From positions 84,692,001 through 84,756,000 of the forward strand of contig OZ024742.1 of assembly GCA_964016885.1 (NCBI GenBank): a stretch of 64,000 nucleotides of DNA. The letters are read 5' to 3'. Numbering within the stretch: the first letter of the stretch is position 1; every line of letters begins with the position of its first letter. Origin of the DNA: Eledone cirrhosa. Lineage: Eukaryota. The translations under genes were made by a program, and so were the position numbers. Shown one piece after another: positions 61,449 to 64,000 of this stretch. Under the pieces are notes generated by a model, which saw only the letters and a program-made list of their open reading frames with translations, was not told where the DNA came from and searched no databases.

Positions 61449-64000
61449 AATCCACAAGGGTTTACATAAAGTAGACATTAAGGACAGTACAGGACAATAC
61501 AGGACGGTACAAATAATAATTTCTGCGTGTAAAAAAAAACAGGATGTAATAAAAAATAAGAATGAAAAATTCCTCAATGCGGAGGAGACTTCCGATGGAC
61601 ATTCGTTGAGAAAGCCCATTAAAAAGCCACAGTGATCCTGACCACCAGGGCAAGTGCCCTCTCCCAGTTTTCCAACTTGCCTCTCTCACCCATCTTTCAA
61701 CAAAATGCTGGGAAGAGAGCACTTCCCTCTCTACCCTGATTTTCTTTTTCAAATGAAATTTGAAAAAAGTTAATCAGGGCATCACCGAAGAGGTAAGTGC
61801 TCGTCTTCAGCCCTTTCAAACGTCTCCACCATACTATCTCTTTCGTCATGGCCACGAGAGAGATAAAAACTGCCTGCCCTTCCCGGCTAAAGGAAGACGG
61901 CGGGGCAATCCTCACGATGGACTCAGCTGGTAGCTGGATCCGTCCTACACGCGACAGCAGGTGTTCGACATAGACTCACACGTCAGCAATGCTTGGACAC
62001 TGGACGAGTGCGTGCAGGACGGTTTCGTCACCCTGCGCGCATCTCGGACATGACCGGCTGACGACACCTCCATTCCTGTAAAGTTTATCCCGAATAGATT
62101 GGCTAGTTGATTTTCATCGACGCCTAGTGTTTCCCCAAGTACGTCGTCGCTCTTCCCCTCCACCAATCCTCTATAGAATGCCAAGGTTGAGATTCCACCG
62201 ATCACATTGCTCGATTGGTCGAGGGCTGTGAGCGCCTTAAGACATTCCAGTCTCCAAGCGCTCCCTCTCGGTCTTCGCTTGACCCAGGACTGCAGCTCCG
62301 TCAAGGAGAACGGCTGGGGAAAGACGAGTCTAGCAAACGGCGGCCACAACTGATCACCGTCGAGGAAGAGGTTGAGATGTCGTAGCCTGAGTGCGTGTCT
62401 GCGCATCATCAGCCACGGCATGCCCAGCCCTCCACATAGTGGGTGTTGACAGCAGATGGACCGCCTAACCATCGGAGCCCGTCTCTTCCACAAAAAGCGA
62501 AAGAGCAAACGGTCCAGCGCAGTCAGGCGGGGCTTAGGATAAGGTCTGACAACGGTCAGGCGGTAGTTGATGACGGACGCGATGTACGCGTTAGCCACCT
62601 CCGCTCGACCTTTCAGTGATAGCTTCCTCTCCACCCATTTCTGGTTGAGAGAAGTCACGCTGCTCGTCACCTTGTCCCAGTTTTTGTCCCTCTTGACATC
62701 CGGACCGAACCAGACCACTAGCAATTTAACCGGTCCGTCCGTCCAGCGCCCGACGACGCTGTTGGACGGCATGGACCTGCCTCTCCAGGTGCCGAGCTGC
62801 AGGCCCACTGACTTATCCTGGTTGATCATTGCTCCTGTCACCGCTTCGTATTCTCTTAGTGTAGTGCCGATCGCCTCGATGTGTTTGGCGTTCGACACCA
62901 CTACTGTGACATCGTCCGCATATGCTGACACGGATCTTCCGCATCTTAGTTCGCTCGGGACCCCCTTCAACGTCTCCAGTTTGTGTCGTAATGGCTCCAG
63001 AGTCAATACGTACAAGAGGGACGAGAGGGGACATCCTTGGCGGGCCGAGCGCATGATGTTGAACGGTTCCGAAAGGTGACCCCTCACTTTCACCACAGAT
63101 CAGATGTCGCTGTGGATGGCAGATATCCAGCCTCTGAATACGGGCCCAAAGCCAGCCGCCCTCAGGACTGCCGCTAGGTAACGATGGTCGACCCTATCGA
63201 AAGCTTTCGACTGATCTAAATTGATCAAGGACCCACCCGTGCTAGGTGCCGTAGCTACCCTCTGTACGATGTATCGCATGAGGTGGAGGTTGTCGTGGAT
63301 GGATCTGCACCTCTCCCACCAAGCCGCCAACGACAAGCGCCAACCTCTTTGCTAGCCCCTTGGCCAATATCTTGAACTCTGTGTTTAGCAGAGTTATGGG
63401 GCCGAAATTATCTATGTTATCCACCTTTTTCGGAACCTTCCCTCAGCAGCGCCACCGCTCCTCGGCTCACAGAGCTGGGAATTCTACCGTTCTGTTGCCA
63501 GTTGCAGTAGACGTCTGCCAAGAGGCCTCCGAACAAGTCTGGCATTTGTACGTAAAGTTCATAGAGCTGATACATCCAAACCAGGCGATTTACCCCTTGT
63601 GCAGCCAGTCATTCCCTCCCGTACTTCAGCGGCTATTATCGGCTTTTCGCAACACTCCGCCTCAGTGGCCGAGAGCCGCGGCAGTCCGTCGAGGTAGACA
63701 CTAAAATCCATCCCTCGATCCGGCCCGCCGCTGCCCCCTAACAGCTGGGCAAAGTGTCGTTGAAAAGCTTCACATTTTCTCGGGATCGAATAGCATGCGC
63801 CCGTCGGGGTCCACCAAAGACCGGATCGTGTCTTTGTTGCCACGACGCGCCTCCACCACTCGGGCCCATTGAACGGCTTTCGTCCCCTCGTGTCTGAGAC
63901 CACGCACCCTAGCCCTGACAAAGCAGCGTTCGTGCTTTGCATTGAAGAATTGGTCAAGGACCAATTTCGCCGCAAGTACCCCGGTCGCGATGCCTTTGCT
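61449..64000 (-). mobile_element. L1/Tx1-clade LINE, subfamily B copy 3 (continues beyond the window)
   Basis: LDQSKAFDRVDH, RQGCPLS, YADDVT; 3'UTR matches B1 and B2. Confidence 0.9.

Overview
This is an AT-rich eukaryotic (animal) window with no recognisable intact host gene. The SINE types and very high microsatellite load suggest an octopod cephalopod, but that is inference. Almost all of it is decayed retroelement sequence, arranged in two niches. (1) From about 1-15 kb and 47-48.5 kb there is a (TA)n-rich zone. It holds a degenerate Penelope-like element (RT + GIY-YIG) and several unrelated non-coding fold-back elements carrying type-I hammerhead ribozyme (HHR) motifs. One of these is a ~420-nt circularly permuted unit with an intact minimal hammerhead, resembling a retrozyme. 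(2) From about 15-45 kb and 56-64 kb there are chains of L1/Tx1-clade LINEs (at least 4 subfamilies), R4/Dong-type RLE retrotransposons and one tRNA-derived SINE family. These are joined through shared (ATT/TAA)n microsatellites with a consistent strand polarity, and the SINE 3' end resembles the Tx1 LINE 3' end. All TE ORFs carry frameshifts or stops. Most ORF-track entries are microsatellite artefacts or antisense frames of these elements. Coordinates were read by eye, and element boundaries may be off by a few to tens of bases.
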